30,318 nt of DNA from a virus (IMGVR_UViG_3300038418_000390:1-30318); one strand, 5' to 3'. Positions 6,570-15,786 are shown, counted from the stretch's first letter. Notes: generated by a model not told the origin, from the sequence alone. Made by a program: numbers and translations.

Positions 6570-7079
6570 TTAGTTCGTGTCGAACTCGGCGCAATTTGAA
6601 ATAGCCACTAAATGCCTGGTGAATTTCGGGCATGGCGTAATATCAGATACGCCGGGGGTAATGGTCGATAGGCCGAGGACGATCTTGGCCATCTTGATGC
6701 CGGCCTGGCTGTTGCAGTCCGGGCAAAGAGTTTTACAGTTCAGGCCTGTAAACGAAGGGCAGGCGTCGCAGATCGCAAGGCGGCGCATCGATTCGGCTTC
6801 GCCCACGGTCTTTTTTGGATCTTCAACGGTCTTTTTTGGATCTTCAGAGGACTCGGTAACGGCCAACAGGCTTTCAATTGTTTTCAAGAGCACCACTCGG
6901 CGCTTGGCCTTTTCCTCGGCCGGAATCGCCTCATTGCGGATTACGGGCGTTTTTGGCGGAGGACTCGGCATGGTGCAAGGTTTCTTGGGCAGATTCGGCC
7001 CAAAGGGACGCTCCAAGGGAAACCCGCAGATCGAGCATCGTGTTTTAGCGCCGTCGGGTTGCCATTGACAATAAGCCAT
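6570..7079 (-). CDS. Cys-rich (putative Zn-binding) hypothetical protein downstream of the tail genes
   Basis: CSIC, CDAC and CPDC motifs, with an exact 21-bp tandem duplication (EDPKKTV x2) at 6805-6846. Confidence 0.7.
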   Translation of the reverse strand: MAYCQWQPDGAKTRCSICGFPLERPFGPNLPKKPCTMPSPPPKTPVIRNEAIPAEEKAKRRVVLLKTIESLLAVTESSEDPKKTVEDPKKTVGEAESMRRLAICDACPSFTGLNCKTLCPDCNSQAGIKMAKIVLGLSTITPGVSDITPCPKFTRHLVAISNCAEFDTN

Positions 7080-7084
7080 TATTT

Positions 7085-7150
7085 TTTTACCTACTAAGTA
7101 AAACTTTTTTCTTAGGGGTATGATAAAAACTTTTTACCTGCTTGGTAAAT
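7085..7150. promoter_or_regulatory. Two 19-bp dyad sites TTTTAC-N7-GTAAAW
   Basis: ttttac-ctactaa-gtaaaa (7085-7103) and ttttac-ctgcttg-gtaaat (7132-7150) in an 80-bp AT-rich spacer. Confidence 0.5.
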
Positions 7151-7158
7151 AATTTTCA

Positions 7159-10100
7159 TTATTCGCCGCTCCCTATAAAACCTGCTATTGTGGCTTGAAC
7201 ATTTCGCCAATTCACAGCTACCGTAGTGTCGATTGTGGACGGATCCCAAGCCATGGTTATAGGATTGTCTCCAGACCCAGCCTCGTAACCACCCAATAAA
7301 TACTCGCCTACGCAAGGTCCGATTGTATGAACCGTGCCGGTCGGCACCCAGGGATTATTTACCCAACAATAAATCATAGGGCCGATAAATTCGATCTTGC
7401 CTCCATACGATTCGGATGGTGTATTTATCATGTCGGTGGCATAGGAATAATCGCAGAGTGTGACTTTGATGCCATAAACTGTCCCCGATGTATTGATCGG
7501 GTCGCCAAATGTTAGTTCAATCGGCTCATCAAAAATGAGTTTATAAACCGTCGCGCTCCAAGTCGATTCCAAGAGGTCTTTCTCGCAAAGGAAAGAACCG
7601 CTAAAACCATCACCGGCAAAAGACACCTCCACAAAATGATCCTCAGCGCCCTCGCTGCAAGAGTACGTTTTGGGATAAGCAGCGTCAATGATCGCGCACA
7701 ACCAAACACTCTCGCCGCCGGTGGGCGGGTCTTGGGCGTTCTCGCTTTGCACGCGGATTGTAGCGTTGCCGTAATCGTCGGGATAATCGGCTTGGTCTGT
7801 AGTTGAAATTAGATCGGCGTTTGTAAATGTCACGTCGATGTCCGTCCCGATGTACGTCATGCTGCGCTGGTGCCAATTCGTATCGGTATAAGGCGCGGAT
7901 TCCTGATAGGGTTGTGGTATCTGGTTTGATGCGACAACTTTTTTCCATGTCGCCCCGCCCGCCGCCGTGATTGCAACCGATAAAGTCACATTGAAAAGAT
8001 GCGTACTGGCAATGGGATCAAGACCGTCACGATCAACCATTACCGGATCGGCCCCCAGCGAAACCTCAGCCCCATAAAAACGCGCTCCCGTACCGCTGCC
8101 GCTGATGTCGCCGTTCATAAGTACGCATCCGCCGGCAGAGTCGCTTAAATTATGAAGATACGCTTCGATATCATGCCAAGTGCCGTCCCAGCAATTGGGA
8201 TACCTGAAAGATTTTTTCCAACCGCCTGGGCCGATGCTGCCGAGGATCGTATTGCCGTTGCGACTACTGCGCGGATCGTAACCAGGCGAGACGCTTTGAC
8301 AAGTGCTTCCCCGGACCACGCCGGAGATCGTGATCTTTATGCAACTGGACGTTATGCCACGAAAGACAAATTCCGAATATGGATTTGCCCCACCGCAACC
8401 CGGACTGACTTCTGTAATGGTTCCATAATCAGGAAATGAAGTCCAACTCCAATCGCGCGGGACGTTTTTATTCGCCACTTCGATGTGGCTCAAAACCTCC
8501 ACGTCGCTGCTGATCGAGAGCGGGACGCCCTGCGTGGGAACGCCGACGACAAAAGGAGTTGTAAGGTCTTGGGCATTGTGACGAACGCGAACAACTATAG
8601 CGTCATCGCCCGGCTCGCGCCATTGGCTGAAATCAATCTTCTCCGGTGAACAAGGCGGACTATCAGTCCAGATATTTTGGAGATTAAAGTCGTAAGGATA
8701 GTTGACCTTATAGTCGATCTTGCCGTAATTAAGAGAATGCTCATCATTGTTGATAAAATACTGCTGGTCGGTTCCGAAAGTATAATAAGCCCCGGGTATG
8801 CCGAGGCCCAGGGTGATCGTACCGGATGCGCTTGGGCTGGCGGTGTTCAACCAAAAAGAACCGGATAAAAGGCAATCGTAATTGCCTGGCGCCTCGATTG
8901 TGCCGATCGACTTGCGAAGCCGCGGTACGCCCGTCCAGCGATAATCGTAAAGCATGGGATAATAATTCGGGGCATCATCCGGGTTTAAGTCCGACGTGAA
9001 CCAGGGATAATAACCGGCCGTGGCGATGCAGGGATATTGAGCTTGATCTCCCGCGCCCGTAACGCCAAACCAGGGATTAGCCCACGCAAAGTATGGAATA
9101 TAGGCCGCATAAAACGAGGCTTCGCTTGTCGGGTCAAGGTCTTTGCGGATTACGGTAGTTTGCAAAACATCAAAGCCGCCGAGCGTTTCGCCGCCGACCG
9201 TGTAGGTCGGGACTGAAATCCGATTAAGGTTTGTCTCGATCTCGGGGAACCAATAAAAGGGCGTCCATTTTCCAAGCATCACCTTGAGTGTATCGCTGCC
9301 GGCGGCGGGGAACGGCGAGCCATATCCTGCCTGGGTTTGAAATAGGGCGATAATGTTTGATGATGATAGATCGTCGCCCATCAAGCCGGTGCGGGCTCCC
9401 ATGTTTGAAATGCCACTCTCCGTTTCCTTCCACCAAACAAGACTCAACAATGTAACGTTCAGGCCGCGATGCACTTTGTAATAATCCCAGGTCATCCACT
9501 GGGCGACCTCGTCCCACGGGCTTTGATTCGCGTTCTTGTTTGTTCCCACGTCCGGATCGAATCGGGCGTTGCCGATTTGGGTGTGATCTACGGTCGGGCC
9601 ACCGGTATTGGTGGCGAAGACTTGCGACATGTTCGCGGCCGGCGTGGTGATCGTATACGAAGTTCCCGGCGTACCGGTCACGATAGAGTTGGCCGTTTCG
9701 GAAGACAATCCGCGAATCGCGGCCTGCAGGTCGGCCAGGGATACGTTGTAATGCAGCCATCCCGTATCGGCGGGGCCGTAGAATAAATCGAAATCATCGG
9801 TCGAGCCGATGGTGATGGTTTGAATATCTGCCTGCGGCGGGGACCAGACTCCCTGGGCCCAGTCAATCGGCCAGAGTTTATTGGTGTCGTCCTTCTGCCA
9901 TGTAAAACCGCCGATCGCGCTTAGGTCGGCATGGGCGGTTTTCGTGACAAGATCTTGCGGTGCGTATCCGTTTCCAAGATGCACCAAAAAGCCGTCGGCG
10001 GATATGTCCAAAACTTCGATGGCGGCCACTGTCCAAGAACCGCCGGCGTTGTAATTGCCGTCCGGGTCGGTGATGACGATCTTATCGCCGACCTGGACCA

Positions 10101-10773
10101 TGTTGGGCTTGGTTGTAAGTATCCAAATATCCTTGACCAGGTCGTCGGTTACGTTTGTGAATCCGGCCACAACCACGCCGAATTCGGTCTCGGTGTGGTT
10201 GCACAAGACCTTTAGACACCTCATGTTGCCATCGGTGTAATATGGATTGCCATCGGAGCGGGCCGATTCGTCCCAGGTAAGGCCGATCCCGCTTCCAAGG
10301 GTTCCGTCGTAAGCCGGATTGTCCGCGCCTGTATCATCGACCTCGCCCAGATTCGCGGGGATCGAGCGGTAATGCCGCTTGGGCTGGAAGGGAATGCCCT
10401 TTGGATAAGTTGGGTCGGAATAAGTAACCGGGCCGAGTGTGAACCCGGAGCTGCCGACCTGGACGTGGTTGATCGTAAAGGCGCCGTCGGTGCTGTTTTC
10501 GACCCAATAGGCGAATGGGAGCGTTGTATTGGGAACCGTGATTGTAAAGACATTGCCGGTTCGGGTTACGGTAGTATTAGCAAAATCGCTGCCGTAAGTA
10601 GCGCGGATCGTGGCTTGTAAATCGGCCGCCGTCGTGTCTTTATCCAGGGAAGCCGTGCCCCAGGTCTCCATCCCATAGCGCAGGACCCAGTTGCCTGCAG
10701 TCACGCCGTTCATGGCGATGGTCTGTATATCGTCCTGAGCGGGGAAATTATAGGTGGGCGTGGTGTGAGACAT
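7159..10773 (-). CDS. Large tail-associated virion protein (tail fibre / receptor-binding candidate), 1204 aa
   Basis: Last large gene of the tail module. Rich in G/T/D/Y/W/P, with two copies of an approximately 90-aa DIQTI...ADLQA.IR domain. Confidence 0.6.
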   Translation of the reverse strand: MSHTTPTYNFPAQDDIQTIAMNGVTAGNWVLRYGMETWGTASLDKDTTAADLQATIRATYGSDFANTTVTRTGNVFTITVPNTTLPFAYWVENSTDGAFTINHVQVGSSGFTLGPVTYSDPTYPKGIPFQPKRHYRSIPANLGEVDDTGADNPAYDGTLGSGIGLTWDESARSDGNPYYTDGNMRCLKVLCNHTETEFGVVVAGFTNVTDDLVKDIWILTTKPNMVQVGDKIVITDPDGNYNAGGSWTVAAIEVLDISADGFLVHLGNGYAPQDLVTKTAHADLSAIGGFTWQKDDTNKLWPIDWAQGVWSPPQADIQTITIGSTDDFDLFYGPADTGWLHYNVSLADLQAAIRGLSSETANSIVTGTPGTSYTITTPAANMSQVFATNTGGPTVDHTQIGNARFDPDVGTNKNANQSPWDEVAQWMTWDYYKVHRGLNVTLLSLVWWKETESGISNMGARTGLMGDDLSSSNIIALFQTQAGYGSPFPAAGSDTLKVMLGKWTPFYWFPEIETNLNRISVPTYTVGGETLGGFDVLQTTVIRKDLDPTSEASFYAAYIPYFAWANPWFGVTGAGDQAQYPCIATAGYYPWFTSDLNPDDAPNYYPMLYDYRWTGVPRLRKSIGTIEAPGNYDCLLSGSFWLNTASPSASGTITLGLGIPGAYYTFGTDQQYFINNDEHSLNYGKIDYKVNYPYDFNLQNIWTDSPPCSPEKIDFSQWREPGDDAIVVRVRHNAQDLTTPFVVGVPTQGVPLSISSDVEVLSHIEVANKNVPRDWSWTSFPDYGTITEVSPGCGGANPYSEFVFRGITSSCIKITISGVVRGSTCQSVSPGYDPRSSRNGNTILGSIGPGGWKKSFRYPNCWDGTWHDIEAYLHNLSDSAGGCVLMNGDISGSGTGARFYGAEVSLGADPVMVDRDGLDPIASTHLFNVTLSVAITAAGGATWKKVVASNQIPQPYQESAPYTDTNWHQRSMTYIGTDIDVTFTNADLISTTDQADYPDDYGNATIRVQSENAQDPPTGGESVWLCAIIDAAYPKTYSCSEGAEDHFVEVSFAGDGFSGSFLCEKDLLESTWSATVYKLIFDEPIELTFGDPINTSGTVYGIKVTLCDYSYATDMINTPSESYGGKIEFIGPMIYCWVNNPWVPTGTVHTIGPCVGEYLLGGYEAGSGDNPITMAWDPSTIDTTVAVNWRNVQATIAGFIGSGE

Positions 10774-10775
10774 TT

Positions 10776-11126
10776 TTACGTCTCCTGCGTCTGGCAGTCG
10801 CCACCGATAACAGAGGCTGAACCATGTGGAACAAGTACAACCTGGCCGATCTCATAATGCCCGGAGCGCTTTGTAAAATCTTGCAGAATCACCGGAGATC
10901 CGGTCGGTTGGGCGTCATCGCCTAAAAGAACCCCGTAGGCCCAGCCCTTGGCATGAAGCTGCTGGAGGAGAACGTAAGAGTCTATGCCGGCGCCGCCGCC
11001 GGAGGCCTGCGGGATGGGATAGTTGCGGTTGAAATTCGGGCCGCGAAGATGGCGACGGTCGTACTCTTCGACAACGTCCTGGATGCCGCGGCCCATGGCC
11101 TGGCTGATGCTGGTGTAATCGGGCAT
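10776..11126 (-). CDS. Putative tail tip protein (small)
   Basis: Start moved to MPDYTSIS at 11126 (AGGAGG RBS). Lies between the post-TMP gene and the 1204-aa gene. Confidence 0.6.
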   Translation of the reverse strand: MPDYTSISQAMGRGIQDVVEEYDRRHLRGPNFNRNYPIPQASGGGAGIDSYVLLQQLHAKGWAYGVLLGDDAQPTGSPVILQDFTKRSGHYEIGQVVLVPHGSASVIGGDCQTQET

Positions 11127-11140
11127 TTTTGTTGAACCTC

Positions 11141-12091
11141 CTACGTCTGCTCTTGCCAGGGCGGGATGAGGTTCAGAGGGGCATAGGCCGTTTTGTTGAC
11201 CGTGCGGAATTTGAGATAACAAAACGAAGGGATCGACACGCCCAAAGAATCTATAATCGAACCGTTCGGCTTAAGCCACAGGCGATAACCTTGCATGTCC
11301 AGCGGCGCAGGCTGTCCGGTATATACGCCGTCATCGTTGATGGGCTTTACAATCGTTTGGCCGGGGTGATCCGGATCGTCCTGCAGGCTTTTCGGGCCGG
11401 CGTTTAAAACCGGGCAGGGGTCCCAGCCGCCGATGACCTCGCCGTGATCCAAAACCACTTTGGGATTCACCAATATGCGATAGGTGTAAATGAACCAGTA
11501 TGCGCCCTTCTCGTAGATTTCCTCGGCGTCGATGTCGTCGATCAGGGCCGTGCTAGGCTCGGCATCGTACCAGGTGTCAGTGTTGGTGGCGTTGAGGAAC
11601 TGCCTGTCGAACTGGCGGTCGCATTGGGCCTGCCAGCGGGTGATGGTGATCTCATCCATCCAGATCGGGATGTTGGGGGCCGGGAGAAAGGGCGACCCGG
11701 CGGTGTCGAAAAAGGGCTTTCCGTCCAGGTCGTAAAATCGCTGCATCGGCGATTTCACGAATTTGTGGCGCCAGCGCGGGCGGCGCTGATCGAGTTGCTT
11801 TTGCATCTCGGTGGGATTCTCACCGCCGTGGACGGTGTTCCACTCGCAGGTCGCTTCCCAGAGATATGGATTTTCCTTGTTCTGAACGGGGGTAACTTTG
11901 ACACAGGTCGACAAGGCACAATCCGGATGCGGGGAACCGTAGACCGGCAAGAGCCCGGATGCCAAAATGGCGATGCGGTTTTCCAGTGGCGTATCGGACT
12001 TGAGCGTGTAAACCGTGCGAAAGGATATCTCTCCGTGCGGGCCGGTGGACGCCTCATAACCCGTTTTTCGTCGAGACCAAAGAATGGCCAT
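11141..12091 (-). CDS. Putative distal tail / tail tip hub protein
   Basis: 316 aa, immediately after the tape measure, beta-rich (GSPHP, FDTAGSPF, ITITR). Call is positional. Confidence 0.6.
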   Translation of the reverse strand: MAILWSRRKTGYEASTGPHGEISFRTVYTLKSDTPLENRIAILASGLLPVYGSPHPDCALSTCVKVTPVQNKENPYLWEATCEWNTVHGGENPTEMQKQLDQRRPRWRHKFVKSPMQRFYDLDGKPFFDTAGSPFLPAPNIPIWMDEITITRWQAQCDRQFDRQFLNATNTDTWYDAEPSTALIDDIDAEEIYEKGAYWFIYTYRILVNPKVVLDHGEVIGGWDPCPVLNAGPKSLQDDPDHPGQTIVKPINDDGVYTGQPAPLDMQGYRLWLKPNGSIIDSLGVSIPSFCYLKFRTVNKTAYAPLNLIPPWQEQT

Positions 12092-12093
12092 GA

Positions 12094-14001
12094 TTATCTC
12101 TTTTCCAAACGGTTGCCGATTGGCTGCTGCCTGGTGTTTTTTTCGATTTGATCCAGCTTGGCATTGGCGTCCTGAGCGATTTTAACCTTTGGATCGGCCA
12201 GCATGCTGTTGACGATCAGGGCGTGGGCCTCCATCGAACCGGCTTGCATAGCCCCCACGGGATGGACTTCGTGAAAATCATCTTTTTCAATTTCTTTAAT
12301 CGTCTTGCTGCGGAGTTCTTTTCGCCGCTTGTTGAATTCGCCCTGCTCGATCAAGCCGGCGTCGAGCGCCTCGCGAAGATCCTTTAGCGAACGGCCGTAA
12401 TCGCCCAGCGGATCGGAGATGCCCAATCTCTGCCGCTCCTTGAGCCGGTCGCGATCCTGGGCATTCATGGCTTCTTCAGTGGTCAAAGCGCCGCTCTCGG
12501 CCATATTTTGCAGCGTGGCCCGGCGAATTCTGAACCGCTCGATGTCGGATTTGGCTTCTTCCTTGAGCTGCTTGGCGTCCAGGCCGGCCGCTTCCCGGTA
12601 ATAATCCTGCTGGGCCTTCATCCGCATGGCCTGGTAGGTCTGCTCGTCCTGCATGCGGCCGTGGTGATATTCGTGCCATGTTTCCGCGTCGCCCATGGCC
12701 TGCCGATATTTATCCTCCGGACTCATCAGGGATGCGGCCGCGGAATTGGCGCGGGTCAACTGGCCGAGTTCAGTTCTGTGTTGCCGGAATAACCGCAGGT
12801 TCGCGGCAATGTCATCGCCGCCCATGCCCGATTCATATAGCTTTTGCAGATATTCGGATTCGCCCTTGGAATCCGGTTTTTGCGCGGCAGTCAACTCCTT
12901 GAATAATCCGCCGGCCATGGACTCCGCCTCTTTGGCGGCTTTTGCCTTATAGATTTTCAAACTCAAGTCGTCCCAGGCTTTTATTTGAAAATCCGTGGGT
13001 TTGAATTTTTCGATCCATTCCTGGCGGGAAAGCTGTTCTGAAGTGCCTTGCAGGCCGGCCAATTCGCGGTGCAATCCGCCCAGCCCCTGTTGAGCCTCTT
13101 GGATCTGCGTGGTCCGCATGGCCATGCCACGTTCCCATAACTTATTTTGTTCGTCGGATCTAGCGCTCTCGGCTATTTTGGAGACATCCGTATTCCCGAA
13201 AAAATCAACCACAGCACCAAAAGTTCCAGCCGCAAGTCCTTTACCAAATTCTTTGGCCCCTTCCCATCCATGCATCGCTGTCAGGGCTCCGCCTTCCGTA
13301 GAGCGCGAATACTCCGGCAATCCCTTGCGTTTGACGTATTGATCGTAAGTCTGACCCAGGGAATTGGCCTTTTCACGGGTTTCCGTGATTTTACGGCCCA
13401 GCGAGGCGGCGGCCATTTGCGATATCAATAGTCCGGCTGTAAAAAGGCCAAGACCCTTTGTCGCCATGGACATGTCCTCGATGGCCACGCCCATGGAAGA
13501 TAGCGGGCGAAGCGGACCGCGGCCCAGGGCTGCAGTTCCCACTCCCCGTAACGAACCAAAAAAACTGGGCGATCTGAGCTCCGCCTCGGCGCCGGCCAGC
13601 GATCTGATTACGGTTTGCTTGCTCGCGCCGATCGCGGCGGCCGTCTCGGCGGCTTCGCGGGTAAGTTCAACCCGCATGGAATTGCCCCAGGGGAGCATTT
13701 CTTTAAAACGCATCGAATTGCTTAGGCCCTGGTCTTTGCCGGCTGCGCCGGCGAGCATCAGATCCTGGGGGCTGAAGAGCGAATGATCCTTGTTAAGATC
13801 GACCATGGCCATTTTCCAGGCCCGGGTCTCGGCCAAAGACCGCTCCATGACCTGCTTTTGGGCGTCAAAGCTCCGCTGGAATTTTTTGAACTCGTCCTGG
13901 AAAGAACCGAAACCCTCGCGCCCGGCCTCGCGCATGTCGGCCTTGAACCGGGCGGCGTTGGCCAGGATGTCGATGCGGATCTGGGAGGCGACTGAGGGCA
14001 T
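12094..14001 (-). CDS. Tape measure protein
   Basis: 635 aa, helical and A/E/K/R-rich. N-terminus IRIDILANAARFKADM is typical of lambda-like TMPs. Follows the chaperone pair. Confidence 0.85.
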   Translation of the reverse strand: MPSVASQIRIDILANAARFKADMREAGREGFGSFQDEFKKFQRSFDAQKQVMERSLAETRAWKMAMVDLNKDHSLFSPQDLMLAGAAGKDQGLSNSMRFKEMLPWGNSMRVELTREAAETAAAIGASKQTVIRSLAGAEAELRSPSFFGSLRGVGTAALGRGPLRPLSSMGVAIEDMSMATKGLGLFTAGLLISQMAAASLGRKITETREKANSLGQTYDQYVKRKGLPEYSRSTEGGALTAMHGWEGAKEFGKGLAAGTFGAVVDFFGNTDVSKIAESARSDEQNKLWERGMAMRTTQIQEAQQGLGGLHRELAGLQGTSEQLSRQEWIEKFKPTDFQIKAWDDLSLKIYKAKAAKEAESMAGGLFKELTAAQKPDSKGESEYLQKLYESGMGGDDIAANLRLFRQHRTELGQLTRANSAAASLMSPEDKYRQAMGDAETWHEYHHGRMQDEQTYQAMRMKAQQDYYREAAGLDAKQLKEEAKSDIERFRIRRATLQNMAESGALTTEEAMNAQDRDRLKERQRLGISDPLGDYGRSLKDLREALDAGLIEQGEFNKRRKELRSKTIKEIEKDDFHEVHPVGAMQAGSMEAHALIVNSMLADPKVKIAQDANAKLDQIEKNTRQQPIGNRLEKR

Positions 14002-14003
14002 TT

Positions 14004-14068
14004 TAATATTCTAATATTCAGGGTTCAGGGTTCAGATAAGGCCAAAAAAAGTATTCAGGGTTCAGGAT
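14004..14068. repeat. Short TTCAGGG heptamer repeats and a TAATATTC doublet
   Basis: taatattc x2, ttcaggg-ttcaggg-ttcag at 14017-14035, and ttcagggttcagg at about 14054-14066. Same heptamer as 2922-2942 but in the opposite orientation. Confidence 0.7.
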
Positions 14069-14417
14069 TTTGTTTCTTGTCGGCGGCGGCCATGCGATCG
14101 CAGATCGCCTGCCAGGCGGCCTTCATGTCCGATTGACGCTGCGGCTTGGGTTTTTCCTTTTTCAAAAACGGCATGTATTCGACGGGCGGCCGGGGCTTGC
14201 CGCCGTGCGCGGCCGCGTTGTGCATGATGGCCGTGCCCGCGGCGAAATCGGCCCGCTCCTCGGCCCAGGGTTCCAGGTCGTACAAAACCCGCCACTCTTC
14301 GAATAGTTCAGGCGGGACCTCTTCTAAGAGCCGGTCGACGTCGAGTCCAAAACCTGTGTTGACTGTTCGGCACAGGAGGAAGGCGAACCACCGCCTCCCG
14401 TGCTCGGCGAGTTTTTT
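14055..14417 (-). CDS. Tail assembly chaperone, gpT-like part (made as a G-T frameshift fusion)
   Basis: Overlaps the gpG-like ORF in the -1 frame with no good start of its own. Contains the motif ELFEEWRVLYDLEPWAEERAD. Confidence 0.8.
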   Translation of the reverse strand, partial: KKLAEHGRRWFAFLLCRTVNTGFGLDVDRLLEEVPPELFEEWRVLYDLEPWAEERADFAAGTAIMHNAAAHGGKPRPPVEYMPFLKKEKPKPQRQSDMKAAWQAICDRMAAADKKQNPEP

Positions 14418-14764
14418 CTCCAACTCGTCCGGTTCTCTTCGGTCAGGCCGTTATGGAAGCGGCCGGCCCAATACAGACGCTCCACCATCGGCGTCAAGAG
14501 CTCGCAGGTCGTGAGCCAAAGGATGTCCTCATCCTGGAAGATCCGCGAGCCGTCGGCGTCTGAGGCCGCCAGGACCGCGAATCTGGCGCGCTCGTCGAAA
14601 TCCTCCTCATCCGCGCCTTCCAGCCAGAAATTGGCAAAGGCCCGGGGCGAGACGCGGCGGACGAAGATCTGGCCGTCCCATTGGGGCAGTTCGGGCGTCG
14701 GCACTGCCAGCACCGGAGGCTTGGTGTTTTGGGTAAAAGAGCGAATTTCGTCGCGAAGTCCCAT
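14324..14764 (-). CDS. Tail assembly chaperone, gpG-like
   Basis: PELPQWDGQIFVRRVS...DADGSRIFQDEDI pattern, two genes upstream of the tape measure. Confidence 0.8.
   Translation of the reverse strand: MGLRDEIRSFTQNTKPPVLAVPTPELPQWDGQIFVRRVSPRAFANFWLEGADEEDFDERARFAVLAASDADGSRIFQDEDILWLTTCELLTPMVERLYWAGRFHNGLTEENRTSWRKNSPSTGGGGSPSSCAEQSTQVLDSTSTGS
14411..14417 (-). other. -1 ribosomal frameshift slippery site A-AAA-AAC
   Basis: G frame reads TGG AGA AAA AAC TCG, an X XXY YYZ heptamer at the start of the overlap with the T frame. Confidence 0.8.
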
Positions 14765-14836
14765 TGGTTTTATATGGCGGGCAAAATCGCCCGCCCTCCT
14801 GTTTTCAAAATGGATGGTTTTGGTTGATTTGGTTGA

Positions 14837-15322
14837 TTAGGATGCGTCTTCGTCGATTTCCAGTTCGCAAAAAACTCCGGTGGCCAGCGTTCCGGTCCCG
14901 ATCGTGGCCGTGATGACCACCTCCAGCCAATCGCCGGCCGCCAGGGTAGTACTGGATATGGTACCGGCGACGGCGATCCGGGCCGTGTTGGCGTTGTTAA
15001 GCGTGATCACGGCCGATAGGATGCTCGTGCCGTTCTTCTTCAAGTCCAAGGTGACAGTCGCATTGCCGGCGCAGACGGTGATCGATCCGGCCTTGAAGGC
15101 CTTCACCGTGCCGGTCGTACCGATGACGACGTGCAAAGTCTTGGTTTCGGAAGCGGCCGCGGAAAGGGGCTGGCTGTAAGATTTGCGGTGCTTGTGCTCC
15201 ATCTTGTTCGTTTGTAATCCGGCATCGGCGGCAACGTGCGCATCTTTGATGCAATTCGGGCTGGGGTACATGTTGGAGAACCTGGCAGCGCCGCGAAAAA
15301 ACACGTCTTCGGAAATATCCAT
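14837..15322 (-). CDS. Putative virion structural beta-sandwich protein
   Basis: 161 aa, T/A/G/V-rich (VTLDLKKNGTSILS...LAAGDWLEVVIT). Sits between the tail tube and the chaperones. Confidence 0.6.
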   Translation of the reverse strand: MDISEDVFFRGAARFSNMYPSPNCIKDAHVAADAGLQTNKMEHKHRKSYSQPLSAAASETKTLHVVIGTTGTVKAFKAGSITVCAGNATVTLDLKKNGTSILSAVITLNNANTARIAVAGTISSTTLAAGDWLEVVITATIGTGTLATGVFCELEIDEDAS

Positions 15323-15423
15323 AAATCACCGTTTTGATATATTTGTCAAACCCAGAATTTGTAATGCGAGCCGCCGCAGCGGGCCGGCGGTTCGCCGATA
15401 TTTCAATTTAAAAAACGGCCGTT

Positions 15424-15786
15424 TTAGGAGGCGTCGGGTACTGTGGGCCGCAGCTCGGCCGTGCTGGTGATGGGGGCGTCCCAATCGCCGGTGCATTCCA
15501 CCGGGCCGACCTGCCATGTGCCCGGGCAGGAAGAGCTCGAGCCGTCCGCCCAGACGATCGCCGCCACGCCCTTGGCTTTTGGGCTGAGCGACGTTCCGCC
15601 CTTGAATTTCAGGCGGACTTCGAGCTCGGTCTGGCCCTGCTCGAACAATTTGTTCAGGTCTTCGGGATAGGAGACATCGACCCAGGCCCCGCCTGCGCGG
15701 TAGGAAATTCCCACCAACTGCCCCACGGGCGTGCCGGAAAAGGTGAAGGTCGAGCCGTTGAACATTCGCGTCTTTGGAGTTGACAT
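15424..15786 (-). CDS. Tail tube (major tail) protein, minimal 120 aa
   Basis: FNGSTFTFSG...WVDVS...D pattern, all-beta, expected position. Confidence 0.7.
   Translation of the reverse strand: MSTPKTRMFNGSTFTFSGTPVGQLVGISYRAGGAWVDVSYPEDLNKLFEQGQTELEVRLKFKGGTSLSPKAKGVAAIVWADGSSSSCPGTWQVGPVECTGDWDAPITSTAELRPTVPDAS

Noticed and set aside
5599-6674. DGR template/variable repeat pair (5599-5685 versus 6588-6674)
   Set aside because: The 10 mismatches are not adenine-specific on either strand of either copy, several are synonymous, and no reverse transcriptase is in the window. A diverged duplicate explains it better.
5582-7068. Plus-strand ORFs 5582..5878 and 6577..7068 with similar N-termini
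   Set aside because: The similarity comes from the DNA duplication. The minus-strand readings have RBSs and recognisable motifs.
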